Positions 12,575-25,230 of a stretch of 64,000 bases of DNA are shown piece after piece. The stretch is from assembly GCA_003427395.1 (NCBI GenBank), contig BFEA01000042.1, positions 2,604,271 to 2,668,270 of the forward strand. Direction: 5' to 3'. Positions within the stretch are counted from its first letter, which is position 1. Each line of letters starts with the position of its first letter. This stretch comes from Chara braunii. Lineage: Eukaryota; Plantae; Charophyceae. The notes beneath the pieces were generated by a model, which was not told the origin of the DNA, did no database searches, and saw only the letters and a program-made list of their open reading frames with translations. Made by a program: the position numbers and the translations under genes.

Positions 12575-13062
12575 AGACTGTGGAAACAAATGTCCATGTC
12601 ACAGTTCGTCCAGGAGGGGAGTGGAAACAAATGTCCATGTCGCAGTTCGTCCACGACACACGACTCATTTTCTGGTTCTACCGGAAACCGAGAGAAGCCA
12701 ACGGCCGTCGCTGCTCCTAAGACGAAGGCAAACTTTTTGTTTTTTTTCCAATGTCTGGTGGGCTGCATCATCCTTTCCCCTGTGTGACAGCATGTTGCCA
12801 TGTTCCTTTCCCCAAGTTGGGCGGCCGCCAAAATAATACAAGTCCTGCCGTTGTTGGCCAAGCCGGATCCGAAATCGCTTTTCCGTTCCTCAGGGGCGCG
12901 CCTTCCGAAATCGCTTTTCCGCTCCTCAGGGGGCGCACCCACCCAACTGGCAAGGCGTTTCTTTTTCGTTCTCCCCAAGAAGAAGAGAAGTCAGATCAGC
13001 CTCTAACACATGTTGTTTCACATGCAGAGAAGTCAGATCAGCCTCTAACACATGTTGTTTCA
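12575..13062. repeat. Three short two-copy tandem duplications (about 37-43 bp units)
   Basis: GTGGAAACAAATGTCCATGTC x2; TCCGAAATCGCTTTTCCG x2; AGAGAAGTCAGATCAGCCTCTAACACATGTTGTTTCA x2. Confidence 0.8.
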
Positions 13063-13494
13063 AATGCTTGTGTGCACGCACACACATGGAAAAAAAGAGA
13101 AAAAGAGAAAAAGAGAAATTTAAACAGAGAACCTGCCTAGAAAGGGGATGTGAATTCAAATTTGATGAAAAGGTCACACTGGAGCCCAGTGACTGTCACT
13201 CTTTTTTCCTTTTTGTCTTTCATACTGAATCTCACTTTCAAAGTGCAGGTTATGATTCATCACCATAATAATGGAATAATTCCTTGCCACAGTCTATCCA
13301 TATAACACTCTACTATCCTTGTGGCGTCAAAGGACACTTTTTTTTCTTTTCTTTTCTTTTTTCCAGAGACAAAATGTATACTCCAATATGCCTTGCCCAG
13401 CCCCGTATGGCCGCGGGAAATATGTGAGAGACGCGGGGCCCGTTTCCCAGATTATAAAAGACAAACTTTTTGCCCTCCCCTTTTCCAGTTTCTG

Positions 13495-13531
<37 letters not shown>

Positions 13532-13573
13532 NNNNNNNNNNNNNNNNNNNNNNNNNNNNNNNNNNNNNNNNNN

Positions 13574-13615
<42 letters not shown>

Positions 13616-13692
13616 GAAAAGGAGCAATCTTTATTACACAATTGGGAACCTGGCCCAGCATCCCTCACAAAATTTGCCGCTTTCAGAGTATA

Positions 13693-13815
13693 CTCACACT
13701 AGGCCCTCAAAATCGCAAAGTAGCAAAATCAGCGGCTGGATCGAATCCTCACTTTACAAGGACTCCATCTGGCCGCTGATTTTGCTATTTGCCAATTTTC
13801 AGGGCCTAGTGTGAG
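13693..13815. mobile_element. Short palindromic MITE, Tc1/mariner (Stowaway)-like
   Basis: TIR CTCACACTAGGCCCT / AGGGCCTAGTGTGAG flanked by TA on both sides; almost entirely self-complementary. Confidence 0.75.
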
Positions 13816-14980
13816 TATTCTCTCAGTGGTTGCCTTCCCCAGAACCTGCCCTGATGAGCTTTCAAGTCTCCATTTTGCAGCATTTCACTCCCTCACAGCC
13901 TGTCACATTCCCTGGGACCTGGGCCTTCTGCTTCTTGGCAAGGACCAGCACCTGCTGGCACAATGGTCGCCTTTTGCAACCAATCTTTTCTCCTACATGA
14001 GGCTACAAAGTCTGATGTTATCCTGGAGAGCCAGATGCTCTTTCGAGAGGAGAGATCACCAATTTGGGCTGCAACAGGCACAACGCGCAGCAGAAGAAAC
14101 CATCAGGAGTAGAACGCAAAAAGCCTGGAAAAGCTTCAAACAGGACTACCACAGCGAAAAGGACCCGGTTCTCAATATAACCATCTGCAAAAACTATTGG
14201 CAACTGTGGCAGGATCCTCAGGAAGTCTTTTTGGAATTGGACACCAACCTCGATATCCAATGGAAACCATGGAGGGCCTCTGAACCCACCTGGGAAAGGA
14301 GGCCCCTCAACTGCTTCGCCGTCCCCTAGCGCCAAACTAACTTTGTGCTATTGACTGACAGTCCACCGGCCCCCTCCCCGCTTCACGACTGACAGCCAGG
14401 GCAGGCACCCCCGTCCCCTTTTCCACCTCCCCCCCTGCTCCCCTACCAAATGCCTCCCCTCCCCCCTTCCCCACCCCACAACCCTCCCCCTCCTCCTCCC
14501 GACCGCCTTTAAAGTCAAGGTGCAGATGCTGCAGTGGACAGGAAGAGATGCAAAGCCCCCTGACGTGAAGTCGGAGGCCGAATGGATCCACGAACAGAAC
14601 ACGGCACACGACCAGGAGATTGGACACCAATTGCTAAGGCGGAAGGAGATCCGGCCGGCACGGGCTATCAGCAGCAACATACAGAGGATACTGCCTACTA
14701 AATCAAACACTGGATAAAAGCTCAATAATAGAACCCATGGGATTGGCTGTGGGCAGAGACATGATACTGGGTCGTACAAATTGAACAATGGTGACTGATT
14801 CAATAATGCTGGTTCCTGGATTTCGATGTGAAGGGACGCTGGACCCGGTTTCCAGCAGGTGCAGCTCCCCACGAATGGAACGGAGCCATCTAATATCGAG
14901 CGTGTAGAGGGGATGACTTCTCTTACCAGCACCCCCCCACATCCTCGCCGATGTTTCAAAAAAAAAAAAAAAAAAAAAAG
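13816..14980 (+). mobile_element. LINE 3' fragment (ORF2 C-terminus, C-rich 3' UTR, tail motif, poly(A))
   Basis: ORF 13811-14329 with LSWRARC motif; tail motif at 14827; poly(A) at 14957-14979. Confidence 0.6.
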
Positions 14981-16037
14981 GAACTAAAAAAAAATCAATT
15001 CTTTTTTCTTTTCTGTTTTTCTGAACATGCAGGGTTGCAAACATAATAAGATGAGAAGAAGGATCTGTGCCCTTGAAACAGTAGTGGCATGAGCTCTGCC
15101 TGGCCGGAGAGCCTCACTCAGCTCAGAGCTGCGGCGACTTTTGTAAGGGACGTCGGGCCCGCTTCCCGGCTTCAATATTAATAAAGATTGAAAGGGAAAA
15201 GGGTTGCAAACATAATGATGATTTCAGCAGGTAGCCTGCAGCTTTTGGGGCCTGGTCAGGTTGACCAGGACAACCTGGAGCCAAGTCCCACTAGCAGCCT
15301 TGAGTTTTCCCAATGGCATTGCCGGAATCTGGATGTGTTTGTGGAAATGTGGGGTTGAGGAGGAAATTCAAAGCGATTTTCTGCACGTCTCCACAAAAAC
15401 ACGTCCAGATTCAGCCGCCGAGGGAACTCAATGCTGCTAGTGGGTGCCGGCTAGTACACAAAAGCTTCTGCCAGCCTTGGCACTCCACACTAAACCCCAG
15501 ATACTCCAAGTGGTGCTAGCGCTCACTACGTGTATCTACTTCGGCATTCCAGTGCAGGCCCTGGGCATTGGTGCACAAATGTTGTGCTGGTCCCTTCCCT
15601 CTTCGGTCTCTCGCGTTTTTAGGGACAGCTGATGTGCGCTCCCAATTCGATTTTCTGAAGTGACTTGAGTGGGCATAAATACAGAACGAGTCAGAGACGG
15701 CGACACCTGTTACTGTGGGGTGTACACCCCGAGGGAATGCTCCCACTACTGTTTTCCTGCAAACACAACGCACCCTCATTATGGTTGTACTGGACCAGAA
15801 AGATAACTTGTATACATTCATTATCAGGGTGCGTTATGTTTGGTGGAAGGTATTATGATCACAGAATTCAATTGTTATTGCCACCATACACATAAGAAAG
15901 TCCTCATGCGAGATTGCATTTAATTTATTATCTTTCGGATGCTTACAAAAAACGTCAAAAACATTGAATTCGTGAAAATCTAACAAAACCACAAAACCTA
16001 ACATTTTTTATAAAATGAAAAAGTAAAGAGAAAACTA

Positions 16038-16201
16038 CGGCGCAGTCAAGGATTGAGTTTGTAATTGCACTTGAGGCAAAAGGGCCGGTAATGCTGAATG
16101 TATGTGACCTACGTTTCGGGTCTGGTGGGGTCGCGTGGGGGTGTGTTGTATTCGCGGGATTGCCTGAAGTGCAATTACAAACTGTTTTCGTGACTGCGCC
16201 G
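16038..16201. mobile_element. Small palindromic MITE-like insert in E1
   Basis: CGGCGCAGTCA...GTTTGTAATTGCACTT / AAGTGCAATTACAAAC...TGACTGCGCCG; absent from the paralogous E2 segment; no clear TSD. Confidence 0.6.
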
Positions 16202-16727
16202 AAGTTACCCCAAAAGTAAAAGTCAAATTGTTATTTTTGACACAGAAAAGAGAGCGTTTTTAACTGTTTCCCGAGAAAGGGGGCAAAAAAAATGAGCAAA
16301 AAGTCTAACGATTCTCAAAATGTGCAAGAAAATGCTCTCCAGCAAAGAGCATGTTATAAGACTATAAGTCGTTTTAACGTCTTAGTACATTGGCAAAAAG
16401 CATAGCTTAAACAAGACAATCTTTAAGGCAAGGCGAACTCGAAAGATGTTAAAAAAAACAGTTTCAGTGAATACTCATTTATAAAACTATAAGTCGTTTT
16501 CAACAGTTTGCTAAAAATCAGACTTTGTGAAAACTAGTTTATAAAACGGTAAATTTATATAACTCCATTTTTAAGTTAACTGTAAAACCCATGTCAAAAA
16601 ATATATGTTATGTAAAAGAAGAATTCAAACAAATTTTACGTGGGAGACATCTTCAAATTCTTAGCCAACCACGATTTAAAATAAAAAAATAGAAATTTAT
16701 TTCAATAAAAAATACTAAAAACACTGA

Positions 16728-18134
16728 AAACACAGGATTCGTGAAAACCTAACAAAACAAATTGTTAGGTTTGCATGAAATGTATTCAAGATTATGAGAG
16801 TACGTTTTTCATGCCTCCCCCAGGAACAAAATTTTACGTGAAGCAAAACAACCGCAAAAAAAATAATAGAAAATTACTTTTTGAAAACCACAGAAAGTGG
16901 CGAGGAGAAAGCAGGTTTTTCCACATAAAATCACTACCTGGTGAAGCAACTTATGTTCAAGAACTGGAATATCTCATTTTTTTGTTCTAAAAAAATCATC
17001 TTTATAGTTCTATGAGATGTATAGCACGATGAACATATTCGAAGGTTTTTCGAACGCGCAAACATGTTCTTAAACATGTTCTTAAACATATTCTCCCATA
17101 CCTGAGCGAATATATTTTTTTTTACTATTTTTTTTTTCCCTTTTTTTAAAATTTTAAACTCGTGTTTGACTAAGAATTTGCAGATATTTCCCAGGTAAAA
17201 GTTATTTGTATTCTTATTTTAAATAACATAGATTTTTTGCTAAGGGTTATATTGTTAACGTCAAAATTGATTTATAGTTCTATAAATTAGTTTTCGCAGA
17301 TCTTGGTTTTTACCTAACTCTTGAAAATGACTTATAGTCTAGGGTGTTGGATCGGACGTCCGCGACCCCCCTAACTATCCGGGATGTCCGACCGGACGTC
17401 TGATCAGGCGTCGGACAAAACAGGGTATGTCCGACCTAGCGCAAAAAAAATAATACTAATAATAATACTAATAATAATAAAATCATGTGACTTCCACCTT
17501 GCATTAGGTGTATGCCACCAAATTTTTGAATCATTTGGGCCAGTAGAATAAATAATAAAAATGTTCAAAGATTCTAATCCCCACCTATAACCCTCCTATC
17601 CCCACCAAAACCCATCGTAACCCCCCCCCCCCCACACCGCAAATACCGCCCTATCACCGAATGCTCAAAAAAATATGAAAATGTTTGTGGGGGGTCTCTA
17701 GGGCATGCGTAACACTGTGATTTTTCTTTAGTGCCAAAAAAACGTCGTTCGAAAATCCGGACGACGACGGTACCTGACGCCTGGTCTCCGGACCATTGGT
17801 AACCTAGTTTATAGCTCTATGAATGAGTATTCACAAAAATCCGTTTTTTTTTACATCTTTCAAGTTTTCCTTGTAGACCTGAAAAATTGTCCTATTTGAG
17901 CTTTGTTTTTTGCAAATCTAATGAGAATGACTTATAACCTTATAAGAGGATGTTGCAAAAAAAAGTTTTCTCACACATTTTGAGGAACAGTTGATTTTTC
18001 ATCTCGTTTTTTGCCTCTTTTATCAAAAAACAGTTAAGAACGCTTTATTTTTGTGTAGTTTCACTTTTACTTTTTCATTCTATAAAAAATGTGCGGTTTT
18101 GTCGTTTTGTTAGGTTTTTACGAATCCAGTGTTT
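16728..18134. mobile_element. TIR element E2, inverted copy nested in E1
   Basis: TIR AAACACAGGATTCGTGAAAACCTAACAAAAC / GTTTTGTTAGGTTTTTACGAATCCAGTGTTT. Confidence 0.75.
17339..17807. mobile_element. hAT-like MITE nested in E2
   Basis: CTAGG / CCTAG termini; imperfect 8-bp TSD CTTATAGT / TTTATAGC; subterminal CGGAC repeats. Confidence 0.6.
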
Positions 18135-18974
18135 AAAACATAATATATTCATTCATGTATGAGAGAACATATCCAAGCAAATTTATTCGTGAACAATATA
18201 ACATGTGTGCGTGTTTGGGAAACCCCCGAATAAGTTCGTCGTGCTACATACCTTATAGAACTATAAATATGATTTTTTTCGCTAAAAAAAAAAAATTGGA
18301 TATTTCGGTTCCTGAACAAACGGTGCTTTGCAAGGCCGTTATTTTTTGAAAAAAAACTTGCTTCTCTGCTCACCACTTCCAGTGGTTCAAAAAAACCTCC
18401 TTTTTATTCCTTTTTTGCAGGTAATTTACTTCACATAAAATTTTGTTGATGTAGGAAGCCAGAAAAATGTAGTAATATAATCTTTAAAAACATTTGTGCA
18501 AACCTAACAATGTTTTTTGTTAGGTTTTCACGAATCCTATGTTTAAACTTTTGTCGTCTCACTCTATCAAGTCATGAGCCTAGTACTGTCTTCACCCGAA
18601 TAGAACACTTGGTTATTACAGCTGTATTTGGTGCAACTTTCAGTCTATGTATGTCGATAATTACAGGGTGTTCTATTCGGGTGATCGAGGGTGAATGCAG
18701 CGCACTGCCGTACCCTGACTCAAAATGCGTACAAGATATCTTTCGAATGGAATACGGTCATGACGAGAAGGAATATGTCAGGGTCACACAAATCACTCCA
18801 TATCTGCGAGTAAGTCCTCAGTTTGCGACAGTCGCCATCTATGGGCGCCTCTTAGGTGTGGCTCAGTTTGAGGGCATACTCACACTGCGACAAATAATCC
18901 CAATCTCACAAAAAAGGGTAGAGTGTCGGTCACACACTGTTCCCAAACCCTAAAATATATTATTCGCGTAAGGG

Positions 18975-19144
18975 GCTAGAATAAGAAATGTGGAATGAAA
19001 TGGGGAAGAAAGGGGACAAGCGAGGATGAAGGCCAACAAGGGGACAACCAGATACTACCGACTCATCTTCCATGACTGGACCAAGCTAGATGGCTCAATT
19101 CCAATGCGACCATATGACGAATTCTTGGACTACTCCCCCTTCCC

Positions 19145-19180
<36 letters not shown>

Positions 19181-19745
19181 TACTAACAACCTAGTTGGAA
19201 TAGAATGTACGGGGGAGAGAGATGGAAAGGAAGGGACAAGGAATAGAGGACAGGCGCCTACCCTTGGGGGTTAATCTGGGACAGGAAGACTGACGTACAC
19301 GTGGGAAAGGTCAAAGCAGATACAAATCGGGAGGAAGGGTTTAGGGTTTAAGTGGCAGAAGAATGCTTAGACTGTGCTCAGACTGTATATAAGACAGAAT
19401 GGAAGGAAGACAGCAGATGGTAGCTAGACTGCTACTGAACACAGATAAAATCTGGTGGCCCCAAAAATGGCTGAAAAGGCAGGTCTAGCCTACCAACACA
19501 TACATCAACACCCGCACATTAATCCCCCAGAAACCAGGGGAAATCAATGCTGCAGGTAACGGCATAATGATCTAGATAATGGTCTTCCTCTGATTGTAAA
19601 AGGGACGCTGGACCCGTTTTCCAGCAGGTGCAGCTCCCCACCAATTGGACGGAGTAGCCGGTGGCTACTACTAGTGGATGTTGCTCATATCACTCCTAGT
19701 AAACAGCTGGGGCTTAAAAAAAAATATAATAATAATAAAAGAAAA
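18975..19745 (+). mobile_element. LINE 3' fragment
   Basis: YRLIFHDWTKLDGSIPMRPYDEF is homologous to YRLIFNDWAKADAVIPLRPPDEF at about 7240; tail motif at 19595; A-rich end. Confidence 0.75.
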
Positions 19746-20291
19746 CTAGGGTGCGGTCAGGGTTACAGTTTAAAAATATATTTCAAACTGCCGTTTTGGA
19801 GTCCACTCCCCTCTGAAGTTTACACTGCAGGCCAAACTCCGCCATCACGTGGCTGTCGCAGGGCAGAGTTTGTAACTGCAGTCTAGTCATCCACATCAGA
19901 GGGCCAGACCGTTGTAAAAAAAAAAAAAAAAAAAAAAACAAGAAGAAAAAGAGAAAAGTTCATGTCGCTGTATCTTTCTATGTTCTACCGAAAGATTCAG
20001 GGGTTGATCCCACTTCTACCAATTTTCGTAAGAACCTTAAAGTGCCACTTTTAGCGGACCCGGTCCGAGCGGTTCGTAAAAGCAAAATGGGATCCGAATT
20101 CTCCTACGTTCTCGGGGCTTTTTCGAGTAAACCGGCAGGTAGTTGTGGGCGGGTGTGTAGGGTCGGATTTCAGGGTGTCTGTTCGGACAACGCGTGGTGC
20201 CTGCTTACCTTTGGGGGCCCCGGGGCGGCACCGTGCCGACCGTCACACACTGGACACCGAAGGCGGACATTCCAGGACTACCGTTAGGACC

Positions 20292-20323
<32 letters not shown>

Positions 20324-23300
20324 TGCCTTCTTTTTCACTACGAAAGACGGCGTTGGCCTCTTTTTAAAATCGGTAGAACTACCGACCTTACAATTACGTG
20401 CGTGCGTCCACGTAAGAAACCGTTTCCACTTCCACGACTTTCCTAGACGGGATCGTGCTTTCCTGGAAAGAAGTGGGATCCCAAATTTTGCCTAAAAGTG
20501 CCCTTCCTATAAGAATTGCGATCTGACCCTCACTCTCGGTTTCCACCACTGATCTCGAAATGTGAAAAACGAGAGTGAATCTTCGCCAGAACATGGAAAC
20601 ATACAACTCCATGATTTTTTTATTTTTTTTTAAGGTTTGCATTTATTACCATTGAACACTCGGAGGCCGGGAATCCTCCACAAACAACACGGAAGACTCT
20701 GGGGCTGTGGAACGGGAATACAGGGGCCAAGTGGGATAAAGGGGCTGACAATAACGCAGAGACCCTAGGGGAGACACGTGCTGACAACAACCCAGTTTCT
20801 TTTTTTTTTCCTCTTTTTTTTCCCTTGAAGTTATCAGATTTCCCGACCTATGCGTGTCATCCTTGGGGCCTCGTGGCGGTGCATCTTTCCATGTTGTAGC
20901 AGAAGGCTCACTCTCGTTTTGCCTGGCTCCATTGCTCTCGAAATGTGCAAAACGAGAGTTAATCTTCCTGTAGAACAAGGAAAGATAGAGCGCCGTGATT
21001 TGTGTCTTTTGTGCATGTCAAGAATATTGGAGGAAGGCCCTCTGTTTTTTATTTTTGTTTTGTTTTGTTTTTTGCTTTTATTTTTTTTGTTTAATAAATC
21101 TAGGCCTTGTCGCATGGCTGGCCACGACCGCGATGCCTTGGCCACATCCGAGGTAAAAAAAAAAAAAAAAAAAAGCATCTCGTCGCGTGGCTGGGGTTGT
21201 TACCTGGAGATTGGGGATATACAACCTTATTTGGGTTGTTTTCAAAGAGTGCAAAATGAGTTGGACCTGGCACTAGGGTTGGAACTGACGATCAAAGAAG
21301 GCCAGGACTTTATGTCTTGGTCCAATCGAAGCCAGAAGCCTGCCGCAATTGCCGGTTCACTGCACAGGATTGACGCGAATTCGTCCCTACGGTATAAAAT
21401 ACCAGGTCAAGTGATGCTTCGCAAAATATTTTATCAAAGGAAGGCCTACCCTATGGAATTGTTCCTAAGGGTGCTGGAAAATTTTGCAGTCAAAAGAGGC
21501 CCGGTCTTGAAACAGACCGCGGACCTTTTGAAAAACTTCCCGTGACTTCGACGTTTGACGAAGAAGGGTAGTAGTATTAGTAGTATATATTTAGTATCGG
21601 CCATATCCTCTCACAACAGCTAGACTTCAGTGGTCGTCGCTATTCTAGCACGACCATCGCTCAATTTTGTCGGGATCGATGGTATGGTCGGCGGATCATA
21701 GGGTTTGATGGTGTGAAGGTGGGAGAAGACGGGATGCGACGTCCGTAATGCTACTTTATTCAATTTGACATCCCGCTTCGCGGGGCATTGCTGTTAAACT
21801 GTCTTTGTGAGACTGTGTACATGAGTTGTGGTTTGTGTGCACTGTTGTTTTTGCCCCTACGCAAGCGCTTGATCATAACCGTTGAAGGATCGCTGCTCTG
21901 ATTGGTGGTCAAGATTTCGTCGATGTGTGAGAAGAAGACCGAGTACGATTGTCCTCGGGGATTGACTCACAAATCTGAAGACTCTCCTATTCATTGCTAC
22001 CTTCTCCGACAACATGGCCTCTCAACTTCTCAGATAAAAGGGAGGGGAAACCAAACCCTTTTTCTTTTCTTTGGCCAGGGAACTTCAGATGAGTAGTTGT
22101 ATACCTGCAAAACAACAAGTCCCTCAGACAATAACTATGCCTAGTAAGCAGACCCTCTGACAACCAGTAGTCAAGCATTACCAATAAAATAAAACTCATA
22201 AATTAAATAATAAATAACAAATAATAAAATACATAACAACTCTTCACTCCCAAGATTTATTGATTGCCTTGTTTTTGGCCCACCACTGGCCAGGAATACC
22301 GGACGTCCCGTCAGTCTGATATACCTCATTCGGCCCGCCTCAGGCCAGGACTAGCCAGACCATTTGTCTTGACATCCCCTTTGACCTGCCTCCAGGTCAG
22401 GACCAACATACCCACTACTCGAGTATGACAGCCCTTTGGCACTCTTGCCAGGACGCCCAGACTATAGCGGGTCTGGCCACCCTATGACAGTAGACGTCCC
22501 GTCAGTCAAACTGTCCCGAACCCGGATTTGAACACTGCGGTCAAAGACCGACTCACCTACCAGTTTTTGGCCAAGGGCGCTGGCTGCCCCGCCCAGATTT
22601 TTGAACGTGGGACCCGGTCTAACCACAGTTCCAGGCTCTGGCGAACCTCACTGGATTGCATCCTCTGACTGCGGTAGGGTTCCAGCCGACGCCTTTCAAC
22701 CTCATAGGCCAGACTCTCGGAGTCTTAGCCTCAGCTGACTACGGAATTCGACACTCGCGTCGGGGACCTGCTGACCCCACCAGATTGCAACCTATTGCGG
22801 TAAGGCTCTGGCTGGCCCCGACAATCAACGCATCCTTAGGTTAGAGAAGAAAACCCCCAAGTACAAAACAAACAGGCAAGCATATCACGACCCACACAAA
22901 AGCAGACTGACCTCGCCCCATAACAGGACAAACATTTCTCAAGAGAGACGTCCCATCAGTCTCAAGAGCACTGAACAGCAACATGATAACCAGCACCAAG
23001 CCCTTACAGGAGACCTCCCTTTAGTCTCAAGAAGGAGGCTTAGTGCTGGTCCCATAAAGGTCCCTTCCCTTAACTGGGAATTTTTTTTTTTTTTTTCCAG
23101 GAGACGTCCCGTCAGTCCCAAGGAAGTACTGAAATGTTGATCTCGTAAAGGTCCCTTCCCTCATCCGAGCGAAGAACGGCCCTTAGCCAAAGGCACGAAG
23201 TTCCTTTACTAACCACTCTCGGTCAAGTAAAGCTGAACTTCTTTATGCCTGCCCTCATCTGAATCTCTTGGATGAACATTTTACTCAGAGACTCGAAGTC

Positions 23301-23559
23301 CTTCTGCTGATAACTCTTAGTCAGACAGAACTGAACTTCCTCATGCCCACCATGCTCTTCTCTTAATCTAAGGATAGTACTGATCATATCTTTTGATGTG
23401 CCACAGCCATGAGCTTCTGAAATCTTTGACACTGTGTCAATACTTACGAAACTGATTTTACAGTTATTTCCCCACTCTCAGGGACTTCCACTCATGGAAC
23501 GACTGTAGCACTGCATCAAAGACTTGACTTAGTCGTTTGCTGAAATACCGAATGAAAGA

Positions 23560-23700
23560 ACTTGCTGAAAACTGAGATACTGAAACTGAGATGTCGGAAC
23601 TGAAAGCTGAAATTAAATCACCGAGATTGAAACGATGAAACTGAAGTTCTGAAACTGAAATTCTGAAACTGAAATACTGAACCCGAAATGCTGAATTGGC
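23560..23700. repeat. Degenerate CTGAAACTGA short tandem repeats in the gypsy 3' region
   Basis: Repeated CTGAAA / CTGAGA units. Confidence 0.65.
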
Positions 23701-23829
23701 TATGCAGGAATGATCACATCCTCTTGAAAGTTTAGTCTTTCTGTCTTATTGTCTCACTGTACCTTTTTCTCTTAGTTCCCTGGAATTGTTCTCTTACTTA
23801 GATAATTGACCCCTCTTCCTTCTCCTTGA

Positions 23830-25010
23830 GTTTATTGTAGGAATGAGATCTGGGTCTCTGAATATAAACTTACGAAGTCTAGAGCCTGATACCATGTCAT
23901 GAACCCTGGATCCGTCCATTTATGAAATCTCATAAACCTTGTCTTCCGCCTCTCCTGTGATTCTGTAAGGACCAAACCATCTAGGCTCCAACCTTTTAGT
24001 TCATTGTGTCTCAAGAGAATTGTCAAACAGAAGGACAACATCTCCAATCTTCAATTTCTCTTTTCTTATACATTTTCTTTTTCCATCTTTCTTGGTCTAA
24101 CAGCCTGCTGGATGTCATCCTCTCTGCAGCATCCATCACTGCCTGATCAACTTCTGATATTTGTCTCATTCTAATCTGAAGAAGCTCTGAGATAGAATAG
24201 TCTCTGTCACTTTCTTCACTTGACCACGTCTTAACAATACTCTCAATAGGTCATGTAGCATATCGGCCGTACCACAGAGTAAATGGTGCATAACCAGTAG
24301 TTCTCTTGACCGTGACGTTATCAGCGTACACAGCAACTCTTAAAACTTTCGGCCAGTTACTGAGAGTTCCCTTACACGACTTGGCCAGTGAATTTTTCAA
24401 AGTTTTGTGGCCTCTTTCAACAGGTGCATTAGCTTGAGAGTGGTAAGTAGTCACATACCGAATTCCGACACCCAGTCTGAGTGTGGTTTTTCTGACAATT
24501 TCATTTCTGAACTTTGATCCTCTGTCTGAAACAAATTCTCTGATGAAAGGATATCTAAGATAGACTTCTTCTATCCAGTCAGCCACCTGTTCGACTGTCT
24601 TCCTTTTCAGAGTTTTTACCTCAACATATCCAGAGAAATTATCTCTAATGTTTAATATGTATCTCATCCCACCCTTGCCTAGTGGCATAGTAATGAGATC
24701 CAAATGCACTCTGCTACCTGGCTCTACCAGGATAGTAGGGAATAGGGGTTCGATCATTCTTGTGGTAGACCTCTTCTGACATAACACACATGATTTACAA
24801 TATCCGAAAATCATGTCTCTCATGCCAGTCCAGAAGTAGAGTTTGACAGTCTTGGAGTAGGTTTCCTCAGCAGCCCTGTGGCCTCAGCAACCCCCTCATG
24901 CAGAGCAACAATTATCTCTAACTGCCTTTCTTTACCACAGACCACCCTTAGTGGAGGTAGGCCTCCCTTACTATCCACAAAGAGATGTCATCTCTGTAGT
25001 CTGAATTTCT
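23830..25010 (-). pseudogene. Gypsy integrase
   Basis: CKSCVLC, VHLDLI, DNFSGY, VSDRGSKF, YHSQANAPVERGH. Confidence 0.92.
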
Positions 25011-25230
25011 TCTTTGAATTCTTACAATAATATTCTTTTAGCTGCTCCTTTTCCATCTTTCTGCCAATCTCTTGATAATTTTCATCATATTCTTCAAAGA
25101 AGAAAAATATTTATTCCTCCTTCTTTTCACTCTCTTCTTCTTCCTTTGAACCTGAACCTTCCCCAATCTAATGAGCAGCCACTTCTGCTACATTAACTCT
25201 AGCATACCAATCGTTTGGTTCATCTTCTTC

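Larger units (their letters stand above)
15959..18544. mobile_element. Non-autonomous TIR element E1 (AAACA..GATTCGTGAAAA termini), split by an inverted copy of itself
   Basis: TIR AAACATTGAATTCGTGAAAATCTAACAAAA / TTTTGTTAGGTTTTCACGAATCCTATGTTT; both halves are reverse complements of parts of 16728-18134. Confidence 0.75.

Noticed and set aside
19337-19352. Telomere-like AGGGTTTAGGGTTT
   Set aside because: Only two units inside a LINE 3' UTR; expected by chance.
20850-21545. 231-aa ORF
   Set aside because: Crosses homopolymer runs and a local repeat (about 20530-20620 vs 20905-21000); no domain signal.
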